Counted from the first letter of the stretch, positions 1 through 7,876 are shown. The stretch: DNA of 32,000 nt from Gemmata obscuriglobus (GCF_008065095.1 NZ_CP042911.1:1440001-1472000); one strand, 5' to 3'. Translations and numbers: made by a program. The notes: generated by a model not told the origin, from the letters alone.

Positions 1-353
1 TCCGTGGTCGCGCCCCCGGCGGGCTCGAGTTCCACGATGAGGCGGCCGGCGTGCCGGTGCGCGATGACATCGAACGCGCGCCCGCCGACGCTCACCGGGA
101 GCGGGGCGAGGGGGCGCGGGTCGGGCGCGGCGAGCGCGGCGGTGAGGTCGCGGCCCAGCACGTCGGCGAGTGGGCGCCCGAGCGGCAGTTCCGGCAGCCC
201 GAGGAGGTCGGCGCAGTTCGCGCTGGCCTGAACCACGACCCCGTCGGGTTCGGAAACGGCCAGTAGCGCCCCGTGCGGCTGGACCCGCCCGGGGATGTGG
301 ATCGGCTCGCTCTCGCAGGTGACCAGATCGACCGTGCTCATGGCCGAGGACAT
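1..353 (-). CDS. bacteriophytochrome photoreceptor, N-terminal chromophore-binding PAS region (5-prime part of gene, runs off window start)
   Basis: Absent from the ORF track because it has no in-window stop. Reverse-strand translation from the ATG at 353-351 reads MSSAMSTVDLVTCESEPIHIPGRVQPHGALLAVSEPDG...GRLIVELEP. The Cys (codon 317-315) followed by E-x-EPIHIPG-x-VQPHGALL is the hallmark biliverdin-binding N-terminus of bacteriophytochromes. Confidence 0.85.
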   Translation of the reverse strand, partial: MSSAMSTVDLVTCESEPIHIPGRVQPHGALLAVSEPDGVVVQASANCADLLGLPELPLGRPLADVLGRDLTAALAAPDPRPLAPLPVSVGGRAFDVIAHRHAGRLIVELEPAGGATT

Positions 354-465
354 GCGTTCTCCGTTGCGCAACGTCGTCAGTAGACGGGTCCACACTACTG
401 TACGGGCCGTCCCGCGGGCGCGTGCGACTCTCGCGCGATTTCGCCGGAATGCCCCGGCGCGAAGA

Positions 466-955
466 CCTAACCCCCCGGCCCCCTTCCCTAAAGGGAAGGG
501 GGAGCAAAACCGAAGACAACCCACCCCCAACCCCTCCCTGAAGGGAGGGGAGGAAGGCAACCTACCCCCAGCCCCTCCCTGAAGGGAGGGGAGCAAAACC
601 GAAGACAACCCACCCCCAGCCCCTCCCTGAAGGGAGGGGAGGAAGGCACTTCGGTTCCGCATCGCGAATCACGTTCGCTTCGCGGATCAACCATCCTCCC
701 CCTCCCTTCAGGGAGGGGGCTGGGGGGTGGGTCGCCCCGCGCGCCCCTACCGCCCCGGGATCACTCCTCCCGGCGCCACCCCCTTCCCTTTAGGGAAGGG
801 GGCCGGGGGGTTAGGTTGCCTTTCCTCCCCCTCCCTTCAGGGAGGGGGCTGGGGGGTGGGTCGCCCCGCGCGCCCCTACCGCCCCGGGATCACTCCTCCC
901 GGCGCCACCCCCTTCCCTTCAGGGAAGGGGGCTGGGGGGTTAGGTCTGCATTTTC
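466..955. repeat. cluster of G/C-rich palindromic REP/BIME-like hairpins: two tandem 89-bp units, a unique centre, and two tandem 129-bp units of complementary flavour
   Basis: Hairpins are CCCCCTTCCCT-A-AGGGAAGGGGG (479-501) and CCCCTCCC-TGAA-GGGAGGGG (531-550, 572-591, 620-639). GGAGCAAAACCGAAGACAACCCACCCCCA occurs at 501 and 590. The unit starting CCTCCCCCTCCCTTCAGGGAGGGGGCTGGGGGGTGGG occurs at 695 and 824. ORFs 488..694(-), 727..981(+) and the first 54 codons of 816..2126 only translate these repeats. Confidence 0.85.
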
Positions 956-959
956 CGCC

Positions 960-976
960 CGCTGCCATCGGCCGGG
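960..976 (+). promoter_or_regulatory. copy 1 of shared motif CGCTGCCATCGGCCGGG, ending 1 nt before the ATG at 978
   Basis: Exact 17-mer shared with 14104-14120 and 27825-27841. The 14-nt core TGCCATCGGCCGGG is also at 18257-18270. The regulatory role is inferred, not shown. Confidence 0.5.
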
Positions 977-977
977 C

Positions 978-2126
978 ATGACCACACCCCGGCGCATCAC
1001 CGAACACGTCCGCGCTCCGTTCCGCGGCGCCCGCCCGAACCGCGAGTCGGGCACCATCGACGGCGTGCTCATCTGCGGCACCGCCAGCGCCAACGGGCGC
1101 GACTACCCCGTCGCCGTGCTGCGCCGCGACTGCGCCCGCTACGAGGGCCGGCCGGTCAACTGCGACCACGGCCGCGAGAGCACCGTGGAGCGGCGGCTCG
1201 GGTGGTTCACCAACGTCCGCCCCGGACCCGACGGGCGGCCCCGCGGCACCCTCAACCTGCTCCGCTCGCACCCCATGTACGAGCGCGTCATGGAGGCCGC
1301 CGAGCGCAACCCCGCGCTGTACGGGTTCAGCCACGTCGCGCTCTGCGACACCCGGCCCGGACCCGACGGGCGCGAGGTCGTCGAAGCCATCCGGGCCGTC
1401 GAGTCCATCGACCTCGTCGCACAACCCGCTACCACCAAAGGCCTGTTCGAAGGAGCACCCGTGCCGTTCACCCGCGCCCGACTGGTCGAGTGGCTCGCCG
1501 CGCACCCGGCGTCCACCCGCCGCCAACTCACCGCCGCCCGCCGGCTCGCCGAGATCGACGGCCCGGACGGCACCGACGGCACCGACATGCCGGCCGCCGA
1601 CGCGCCCCCGCCGCCCGACGCCGGCGCCGCCGCCCCGCTCGACGCCGCGTTCCTCGCCGCGGCCACCGACGAACTCAAGGCGTGCATGGCCGCCAAGGGC
1701 GACCCGAAGGCGCTCGGCAAGTGCCTCGCCAAGCTCAAGAAGATGCTCCGCGCGCACGCCGACATCACCACTGACGACACCGACACCGACGCCGACGCGC
1801 CCGAAACCGAGCCGCTCGACGACGACACCGACACCGACGACGGCGCCCCGAAGCCGGAGAGCGCGCGGCGCCGGGCCGGGGCCGTGCTGGAAGCGCTGGA
1901 CGTGTGCGAGCGGCTCGGCTACCGCCCCGGGCGCGAGGACCTGGAGCTGATCGCCGCCGCCCCGCGCGACCGCCGCGCCGCACTGGCCGCCCGGCTCCAG
2001 TGGGCCGCCGCGCCCGCGCCCGAGCGGCCCACCAGCGCCGGCCGCGGGCGCCTCGGGGCGCTCACCCGGGCCAGCGAATCGAAGCCGCCCGCCGACCCGA
2101 AGGCGTTCGCCGAGTGGATCGAGTGA
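978..2126 (+). CDS. phage prohead protease with C-terminal acidic scaffold-like region
   Basis: In-frame ATG at 978 within ORF 816..2126; the upstream codons are repeat sequence. The N-terminal half (GTIDGVLICGTASANGRDYP...CDHGRE...GWF...GFSHVA...VESIDLVAQPATTKGLFE) has the layout of caudoviral prohead serine proteases. The C-terminal part is Ala-rich helical plus a TDDTDTDADAPETEPLDDDTDTDD acidic tract, as in scaffolds. It sits directly upstream of the capsid genes. Confidence 0.6.
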   Translation: MTTPRRITEHVRAPFRGARPNRESGTIDGVLICGTASANGRDYPVAVLRRDCARYEGRPVNCDHGRESTVERRLGWFTNVRPGPDGRPRGTLNLLRSHPMYERVMEAAERNPALYGFSHVALCDTRPGPDGREVVEAIRAVESIDLVAQPATTKGLFEGAPVPFTRARLVEWLAAHPASTRRQLTAARRLAEIDGPDGTDGTDMPAADAPPPPDAGAAAPLDAAFLAAATDELKACMAAKGDPKALGKCLAKLKKMLRAHADITTDDTDTDADAPETEPLDDDTDTDDGAPKPESARRRAGAVLEALDVCERLGYRPGREDLELIAAAPRDRRAALAARLQWAAAPAPERPTSAGRGRLGALTRASESKPPADPKAFAEWIE

Positions 2127-2188
2127 CCGCCCCTCGGACCGGCACGGCCGCACCCGCACACCGCCCCCCAACATAACGAGGCCCGAAC

Positions 2189-2902
2189 GTGAACATCGTC
2201 CGCATGCCGCAAGCCCTGCGCGAAGCCAAAGACCTGCACGGGGTCTACGACGACTTCCCGTGGTACATCAGCCCGCACCTGTGGACCGCCACCCTCACCG
2301 ACTCCGGCACCGTCGTGGCCGCCGGCGTCGGCGGGATCGCCACCCTCACCAGCTCCGACGGGAGCGTGGCCGACAACGACGAATCGTACCTCGCTACCAC
2401 CATCGCCCTGTTCAAGCCCGCCGCCAACAAGCCGCTATACGCCGAAGCCCTGATCCAGTTCACCGAGGCCGCAACCGACGACGCCAACGTGGCGTTCGGG
2501 CTCGCGTCGTCGGTGGGGGCGAACCTGATCCTGGACGACGGCGCCGGGCTCCGCGCCAGCGGGACGGTCGTTGCCATCTACAAGGTGGACGGCGACACGG
2601 CGTGGCGGTTCGTCACCCGCAACGGCTCGGACGTGACCGTGAGCCAGAGCCAGGAGAGCGCCGGCGGGGCCGGCTACCAGCAGCTCGGGATCGAGGTCCT
2701 CGACGCCTTCGGCAGCTACGCCACCTGCGTCCCCACCGTGGACGGCCGGCTCATGCGCGACGCCGTCACCGGCCAGCCGATCCGGCACCAGCTCCTGCTC
2801 ACCGGCCTCGCCCCCGCGAGCCTGTTCGTGGGCGCCAAGAACGGCGGCGCCAACCTCGAAACCACCAACGTCGATTACGCCGGCTGCTGGCAGGCGCGCT
2901 GA
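2189..2902 (+). CDS. phage head-module protein (possible decoration/cement or auxiliary capsid protein)
   Basis: 237-aa ORF with a GTG start preceded by ACGAGG. It lies between the protease/scaffold gene and the major capsid gene. The sequence is Gly/Ala/Thr-rich and looks beta-rich. The family was not recognised with certainty. Confidence 0.45.
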   Translation: MNIVRMPQALREAKDLHGVYDDFPWYISPHLWTATLTDSGTVVAAGVGGIATLTSSDGSVADNDESYLATTIALFKPAANKPLYAEALIQFTEAATDDANVAFGLASSVGANLILDDGAGLRASGTVVAIYKVDGDTAWRFVTRNGSDVTVSQSQESAGGAGYQQLGIEVLDAFGSYATCVPTVDGRLMRDAVTGQPIRHQLLLTGLAPASLFVGAKNGGANLETTNVDYAGCWQAR

Positions 2903-3139
2903 GGAAATGCGGAGTGCGGAATTCGGAATGCGGAATTGAAGACAACAAGAACAATATCGCCCAGGCACCTGTTCGATGTTCCGCATTGCGGCTGTTCCGC
3001 ACCGAATTGCGTCCCGCTTGCTCGTTGTCTTGTATTTTGTTTGTTTGTTTGTTGGTTGGTTGGTTCTATTCCGAATTCCGAATTCCGCGTTCCGAATTGG
3101 GAACGTTCCGCATTCCGAACTCCACATTCCGAATTACCT
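2903..3139. repeat. AT-richer inverted arrays of heptamer repeats (AATNCGG)n ... (CCGNATT)n forming a long imperfect hairpin
   Basis: The left arm is aatgcgg agtgcgg aattcgg aatgcgg aattg. The centre has a tgtttgtttgtttgttggttggttgg tract. The right arm is attccga attccga attccgc gttccga ... gcattcc gaactcc acattcc gaatt. ORFs 2435..3127(-), 2799..3002(-), 2875..3405(-) and the first 68 codons of 2936..4345 translate it (NSEFRIPNSEF / SECGIRNAE-type strings). Confidence 0.85.
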
Positions 3140-4345
3140 ATGAACACTGCCAAACTGGTCGAATCGTACAAGCGGCACCCGGCGGAGACGGAGGCCGGGC
3201 TGCGGGCCTCGCTCCGCGGGGGCGCGATCCGCACCGAAGACCTGGACCTCGGCGACCTGTTCGTCGAGTGCTTCGGGTGGAACAACTTCAACCACTGCCG
3301 CAAGAACCTGGGCGACTGCGCCGAGCGCGCGCACGGGGTGCTCCAGCGCGCCCGGGTGGAGGAGGCCGCCGGGGCCAACAGCACCGCGGCGTTCCTCAAC
3401 ATCACCCAGCAGTTCGCCTACGAGCGGGTGCTGGCCGCCTACGACGTGCCCGCCCGCGTCTTCGTGAACGCCATCCCGACCCGGCCCAGCAAGTTCAAGT
3501 TCGAGCGCATCGCGGGCGTCACCCACGTCGGGGACGAGAGCGACGTGGTGGAGGAGGGGAAGCCGTACCCGGAGGTGGGCGTCGGCGAGGACTGGACCGA
3601 CACCCCGGAGACCCGCAAGCGCGGGATGATCGCGCGAGCGACGAAGGAGGCGGTGTTCTTCGACCAGACCGGCGAGTTCATGACCAAGCTCGACTCCCTG
3701 GGCGAGTGGCAGGGGGTGAGCGACGAGAAGCGGGCCATCACCTGCGTGGTGGACGCCGGCGAAACCCCCAAGAACCAGTACCGGTACCGGTGGCGCAACC
3801 TGGGGCCGATCCCCACCTACGGGGACAACAGCGGCGCGCACACCTGGGACAACCTGGTGACGGCCAACGCGTTGGTCGATTACACGGACGTGCAGGCCGC
3901 GTGGCAGGCCCTCGTCGAGATCCTGGACCCGGCCACGGGCGAGCCGCAGAACGTCACGGTCAAGCACATCTGCGTGCCGCCGGCGCTGGCGTTCACCGTG
4001 CCGTTCGCGCTCAAGGGGATGGTGCGCCGCACCGCCCCGGGGTACGCGACCTCGGGGAACCCGGTGGGCAGCGAGATCCCGAACCCGACCGGCGACATCA
4101 TCGGGCAGATCCAGGTGATGAGCAGCCAGTTGTTCCGGGCCGTGTCCGGGTCCGACACCACGTGGTTCCTGGGCGACCTGGGCGGCGCCTTCGAGCAGAT
4201 CGAGAACTGGCCGCTGACGGTCACCACGATGGGCGCCGGCAGCCAACTGGAGTTCGATCAGGACATCATCTTCCAGAGCAAAGTGTCCAAGCGCAGCACG
4301 TTCAACACGGTCCAGCCGCGCCGCATGTGCAAATGCACCGCGTGA
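3140..4345 (+). CDS. phage major capsid protein (HK97-fold type)
   Basis: In-frame ATG at 3140 in ORF 2936..4345, about 401 aa. The size, the position after protease/scaffold, and sequence character (AAFLNITQQFAYERVL..., KFKFERIAGVTHVGDESDVVEEGKPYPEVG..., ...ATKEAVFFDQTGEF...) are typical of Mu-gpT/HK97-like capsid proteins. Confidence 0.65.
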   Translation: MNTAKLVESYKRHPAETEAGLRASLRGGAIRTEDLDLGDLFVECFGWNNFNHCRKNLGDCAERAHGVLQRARVEEAAGANSTAAFLNITQQFAYERVLAAYDVPARVFVNAIPTRPSKFKFERIAGVTHVGDESDVVEEGKPYPEVGVGEDWTDTPETRKRGMIARATKEAVFFDQTGEFMTKLDSLGEWQGVSDEKRAITCVVDAGETPKNQYRYRWRNLGPIPTYGDNSGAHTWDNLVTANALVDYTDVQAAWQALVEILDPATGEPQNVTVKHICVPPALAFTVPFALKGMVRRTAPGYATSGNPVGSEIPNPTGDIIGQIQVMSSQLFRAVSGSDTTWFLGDLGGAFEQIENWPLTVTTMGAGSQLEFDQDIIFQSKVSKRSTFNTVQPRRMCKCTA

Positions 4346-4385
4346 GGTGCGGGCACCGGGAAAACAGACACCACGGGAACCGATT

Positions 4386-4676
4386 ATGGCCGACGAGACC
4401 AAGAAGGCGGGCGCGCGGGCGGGGCACGCGAAGGGCGAACCGCCCGCCCCGAAGCCCGGCGCGCGGGTGTGCGATCCGACCGAGCGGGCGGGGGAGGGGC
4501 TCAAGCGGTTCAAGCTGCGTCTGGAAGGGCACCCCTTCGGGGCACGCACCCAGCGGTACGTGCTCGCCCCGGACCGCGACAGCGCCGTGGGCGAGTACCT
4601 GCGGGCGGAGGGCATCGACCCGGGCGACGTGGACGGCGCGGGCGTCCGGGTGGTGGCGACCGAGCTGCCGGACTGA
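4386..4676 (+). CDS. small phage head-module protein, unknown function
   Basis: In-frame ATG at 4386 of ORF 4347..4676 (MADETKKAGARAGH...). It follows the capsid gene on the same strand. Confidence 0.45.
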   Translation: MADETKKAGARAGHAKGEPPAPKPGARVCDPTERAGEGLKRFKLRLEGHPFGARTQRYVLAPDRDSAVGEYLRAEGIDPGDVDGAGVRVVATELPD

Positions 4677-4781
4677 GGTGGGGGTGGAACTGGGTGCTCG
4701 CGGGGCCGGGCGATCGGTCGCCCCGCGAACACACGCGCCGTCAGCGGTTTCTCACTCACACGAGTTGGTACGAGGTCGCCC

Positions 4782-5009
4782 ATGCCGACGCCCCTTCAGA
4801 ACTTGCAGGCCGCGTACCGCGACGTGTGCGCGAAGATCGCCGAGGTGCTGGCGAACCCGCTGCCGGACTACACGCTCCCCGGGGGCGTGCGGGTGGACCG
4901 CAAGACCTACTACGAGAGCCTGCTGGACCAGGAGAAGAGCCTGCGGGCCATCCCCGGGGCCGCCCCGGACACCAACCCCGTGTTCACCCAGACCAGCATC
5001 GTGAGGTAG
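4782..5009 (+). CDS. small phage connector-region protein, unknown function
   Basis: 75-aa ORF (MPTPLQNLQAAYRDVCAKIAEVLANP...). It sits in the head-tail connector position and its stop is 2 nt before the next start. Confidence 0.5.
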   Translation: MPTPLQNLQAAYRDVCAKIAEVLANPLPDYTLPGGVRVDRKTYYESLLDQEKSLRAIPGAAPDTNPVFTQTSIVR

Positions 5010-5011
5010 CC

Positions 5012-5359
5012 GTGGCCGACGAACTGGACGGCATCGACTTCGGCGCCGACTTTGAGGCGCTCGCGCAGGGAACCGCCCCGGTCGCGGTGGCGAGCGTCGA
5101 TGCCATCAGCGGGGTAGCGGCGGTCACTGTAACGGGGGTTACAGCCGCGAAGCTGATCCGCAAGGGCTCCACCGGGCCGGCCCGGTCGGGCGAGGTCCAC
5201 ACCACGCAGAACGAGTTCTGGCTCCGCACGGACCGGCTCGGGTTCGTGCTGAAGCCGGTGGACCGGATCACCGAAGGCGACGGCACGGTGTGGGTGGTTG
5301 CCGAGGTGAACGAGGTGGCGGGCCGCATCGTGCGGTGCCCGGTCACGAGGAAGAGGTGA
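5012..5359 (+). CDS. possible head-tail adaptor / head-closure protein
   Basis: GTG at 5012 in the frame of ORF 4469..5359 (MADELDGIDFGADFEAL...DRITEGDGTVWVVAEVNEVAGRIV). The size (115 aa) and position fit. The call rests on synteny and weak pattern resemblance. Confidence 0.35.
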   Translation: MADELDGIDFGADFEALAQGTAPVAVASVDAISGVAAVTVTGVTAAKLIRKGSTGPARSGEVHTTQNEFWLRTDRLGFVLKPVDRITEGDGTVWVVAEVNEVAGRIVRCPVTRKR

Positions 5360-5363
5360 GCCC

Positions 5364-5825
5364 GTGCCGAACCCGGTGAGCCCGAACCTGATCGCCGACG
5401 CCGTGGTGGCCGCCGTCCGGGCGCTGAACCTCGTGCCCGGCAACAAGGTGCAGAAGCTCAAGACCCCGAGCCTGCCGAGCGGGGTGGACCCGCCGTTCAT
5501 CGCCGTGTGCGTGGGCGAGGGCGGCGAAGAGGGGCAGACGACGATTCTCACGTACCGGCACAAGATCAACCGCTACCCGACCACCGTCGTCATCATCGGA
5601 GCGGGCGACGGGCGCGTGCTGGCGGACGGCGAGCGGGTGCGGGAGTGGCGCACGCTCATCGAGCAGGCCGTGGGCGACTCCCGGGGGTGTTTCGCGACCG
5701 TCCCCGGGTGGCTGTTCACGGCGACGATCGGGAAGGCCCCGTTCGACGGCAGCCTGATCCCGCGCGACCTCGATTACTCGGCACAAACGTTCAACGTGGC
5801 GGTCGTGGAACCCCGGAGCACCTGA
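5364..5825 (+). CDS. phage neck / tail-completion region protein
   Basis: 153-aa ORF with a GTG start preceded by AAGAGG. It is tightly coupled to its neighbours. The call is by synteny only. Confidence 0.4.
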   Translation: MPNPVSPNLIADAVVAAVRALNLVPGNKVQKLKTPSLPSGVDPPFIAVCVGEGGEEGQTTILTYRHKINRYPTTVVIIGAGDGRVLADGERVREWRTLIEQAVGDSRGCFATVPGWLFTATIGKAPFDGSLIPRDLDYSAQTFNVAVVEPRST

Positions 5826-5826
5826 G

Positions 5827-6207
5827 ATGCCGTTTACGCATTCGATTAGCCTGACCTGGGGCGCGGGTGGCGACCTGATCGGCACCGCCGTGAGCAAGAC
5901 CGGCGGGATCGAGCAGAACTTTTCGCTCGGGCTCGGGACCGTGACCCACCAGTTGATCGACCTCGAATGGGCCGCGGCCAAGCTGCTCGCGATCTTCATC
6001 GTGGTCGACGCGGACTGCACGCTGAAGCTGAACAGCAGCGGCAGCCCGACGGACACCATCGCCCTCAAGCCCGGCGCCCCGTTCTGCTGGGTGCGGGACA
6101 GCGGGGTGGCGTACCCGTTCGTCGGGACCGCGGGCGCCGTGACCGCGGGGTACGTGACCACCGCGGCCGCAACGGGGATCGAGATCCGCACCCTGCTGGA
6201 CCTGTGA
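5827..6207 (+). CDS. phage structural protein, unknown function
   Basis: 126-aa ORF whose start abuts the previous stop (TGAGATG). Confidence 0.45.
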   Translation: MPFTHSISLTWGAGGDLIGTAVSKTGGIEQNFSLGLGTVTHQLIDLEWAAAKLLAIFIVVDADCTLKLNSSGSPTDTIALKPGAPFCWVRDSGVAYPFVGTAGAVTAGYVTTAAATGIEIRTLLDL

Positions 6208-6209
6208 CC

Positions 6210-6713
6210 ATGCCGCTCGACGCCGTCAGCCTCAGTGCCGCCTGCCGCTTCTCGTTCGCCCGGCCGGTGGCCGGCTGGGCGGCCCTGGAGCAGGGGACCA
6301 ACCAGGTCGCGTTCGGCGGCGCCCTCGACCCGGCCGCGTGGGACCAGGCGTACGCCGGCGTCCTCACCGTCGCGGGGGGCGGCGCCGCAACGATCGATCT
6401 GACGAACTTCACCGACCTGACCGGTCAGACCGGTGTCGCGCTCGCCGCGGTGCTGGGGCTGATCGCGCGGGCCGAGCCGGCCGACCCGGACAACAGCGAC
6501 ATCGCCGTCCGCGTCGGGCCGGGGGACGCGAACGGGTTCCAGTGGCTCGCCGGGGCCGGGGCGGTCGCGCTCGGCGCGGGCGAGTCGGTCGTAAAGATGG
6601 GCGCCCCGGCCGGCGGCGGCGGGGCCGTCGGCGGTACGCACAGGACGCTGAAGGTCGCCAACGCCGGGGCCGACGCCGCGACGGTGACCATCGTCATCAT
6701 CGGCCACACGTGA
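6210..6713 (+). CDS. phage structural protein, unknown function
   Basis: In-frame ATG at 6210 within ORF 5967..6713 (MPLDAVSLSAACRFSF...TVTIVIIGHT), 2 nt after the previous stop. Confidence 0.45.
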   Translation: MPLDAVSLSAACRFSFARPVAGWAALEQGTNQVAFGGALDPAAWDQAYAGVLTVAGGGAATIDLTNFTDLTGQTGVALAAVLGLIARAEPADPDNSDIAVRVGPGDANGFQWLAGAGAVALGAGESVVKMGAPAGGGGAVGGTHRTLKVANAGADAATVTIVIIGHT

Positions 6714-6720
6714 GGGGCCC

Positions 6721-7098
6721 ATGCCGGACAACTTTATCAGCGGCAACAACAGTTACGTGAAGCTCGGCGCGGTCGCGTTCAGCTTCAACAAGTGGCGCCT
6801 GCCGCTCGACGGGGGCGTGAAGAAGTTCTTCGCCTTCGGGCACAACTTCCAGCGCACGCTGCCCGGCGGGGTCGCGGGCGCGCCGGTGTGCGAGGGGCCG
6901 TACAACGCGGGCAACATGCCGCTCGCGCTCGGCGCCCTGGTGGTGCTGCACCTGGGGTTCGCGGCGGGCGTGGAGCTCGCCGTCAACGCCCGGGTGTCCA
7001 CCATCGAGTACAGCAGCGAGATCAGCGCCGGGGGGGACCCGGCCCAGTGCTCCGTCGGGTTCGAGACCGACGGCGAGTTCACCATCAACTTCACCTGA
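6721..7098 (+). CDS. probable tail tube protein
   Basis: 125-aa ORF immediately upstream of the chaperone pair and the tape measure, which is the canonical siphovirus order. The sequence is beta-rich (NSYVKLGAVAFSFNKW...EFTINFT). Confidence 0.5.
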   Translation: MPDNFISGNNSYVKLGAVAFSFNKWRLPLDGGVKKFFAFGHNFQRTLPGGVAGAPVCEGPYNAGNMPLALGALVVLHLGFAAGVELAVNARVSTIEYSSEISAGGDPAQCSVGFETDGEFTINFT

Positions 7099-7109
7099 CC
7101 GGAGCCGGT

Positions 7110-7577
7110 ATGAGCGAACGCGCGGCAGCCTTCGGCGCGCTGAACCCGCCGAAGGTGATCGAACACCGGGGCAAGACGTACCGCGTCGCGCCCGTCATGA
7201 CCGAGGGCACGCTGCTCCGGGTGGAGGAGCGGCTGTACGAGCGCGCCCGGGCGGCGCTGAAGGGCGCCCGCGAGCTGTACGCGGACGCGGAGTACGCGGC
7301 CGAGGTGGCGAAGCTGCGGGCGCGGCACGAGGCCGGCGAGTTCGCGTTCTCCAGCGAGAAGACGCTGGCGCACCTGGGCACCACCGAGGGCGCCGCGCTG
7401 CTGCTCTCGTGCATGATGGACGCCGACCTGGGGGAGGTGCTCCAGCTCCTCACCGAGCGCGAGGCGGACGTGCGCGAGCTGCTCGACGAGGCGGTGGAGC
7501 TGAGCTTCCCAAAAGGATCGCCCCCGCGGCCGGCGCCGGAGCCGCGGGGCGACCGGCCGCGCCCGAAGCGCCGGTGA
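7110..7577 (+). CDS. tail assembly chaperone (gpG-like)
   Basis: ATG at 7110 in the frame of ORF 6792..7577. It lies between the tube and tape measure genes. It contains a slippery heptamer near its 3-prime end, and the -1 frame is open from 7409 to 7876. Confidence 0.65.
   Translation: MSERAAAFGALNPPKVIEHRGKTYRVAPVMTEGTLLRVEERLYERARAALKGARELYADAEYAAEVAKLRARHEAGEFAFSSEKTLAHLGTTEGAALLLSCMMDADLGEVLQLLTEREADVRELLDEAVELSFPKGSPPRPAPEPRGDRPRPKRR
7508..7514 (+). promoter_or_regulatory. candidate -1 programmed ribosomal frameshift site C CCA AAA
   Basis: The zero-frame codons are ttC CCA AAA, an X XXY YYZ heptamer. It lies 61 nt upstream of the gpG-like stop. The -1 frame continues ...PKRIAPAAGAGAAGRPAAPEAPVRTPG... 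through to 7876. Confidence 0.55.
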
Positions 7578-7876
7578 GGACGCCGGGGGCGCTGACCGCC
7601 CGGTACGCCGTCCTCGTGAACGTCCACCGGCTGCGGATGCACGAGGTGCTAGACCTGACCCCGCGCCAGGTCCACGAGTTGTACTTCCACCCGCGGGACC
7701 GGGACGGGGCGATCCAACTCCCGGAAGGGGCCGGGGACGAGCCGGCCGACCGGACGGCGCGACTGGCCCAACTGATCGCGCTCGGGCCGGCGCTGGGCGT
7801 GCCGCCGGAGCAGATCGAGGAACTGAAGCGCCGACTGGGGGCCGTAACCGATGGCGACACCGGACCAACAGCTTGA
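7574..7876 (+). CDS. gpT-like ORF in the -1 frame, probably expressed as a G-T fusion (7110..7514 joined to 7514..7876)
   Basis: The frame is -1 relative to 7110..7577. A GTG at 7574 overlaps the upstream stop (GTGA). The ORF ends inside the start of the tape measure gene. Confidence 0.5.
   Translation: MRTPGALTARYAVLVNVHRLRMHEVLDLTPRQVHELYFHPRDRDGAIQLPEGAGDEPADRTARLAQLIALGPALGVPPEQIEELKRRLGAVTDGDTGPTA

Noticed and set aside
466-955. Possible CRISPR array, given the regularly recurring short palindromic units.
   Set aside because: - The units come in two flavours and both orientations.
- The sequences between units are themselves repeated (89-bp and 129-bp tandem units) rather than unique spacers.
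- No cas genes are nearby.
- The region fits REP/BIME-like elements better.
816-977. Upstream extension of the protease ORF (start at 816). Similarly, the extension of the Cys-rich ORF back to 13595.
   Set aside because: - The extra 54 codons of 816..977 only translate the palindromic repeats (PLPSGRGLGG...).
- The 13595-14122 extension lies antisense to the well-supported DUF1304 gene.
- In both cases an ATG follows directly after the shared 17-nt motif.
876-2174. Long antisense or off-frame ORFs in the track: 876..2174(-), 2260..5004(+), 3134..4783(-), 5343..6749(-), 6753..8333(-), 8162..9702(-), 12019..13332(-), 14182..15585(+), 16729..18087(-), 17082..18290(+), 23319..24416(-), 27506..28447(-), 28510..29895(-) and 29411..30457(-).
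   Set aside because: - Their translations are Arg/Gly/Pro/Ala-rich and low in complexity.
- They overlap ORFs that have recognisable domains or proper operon spacing.
- Such ORFs are the expected stop-codon-poor artefacts in high-GC DNA.
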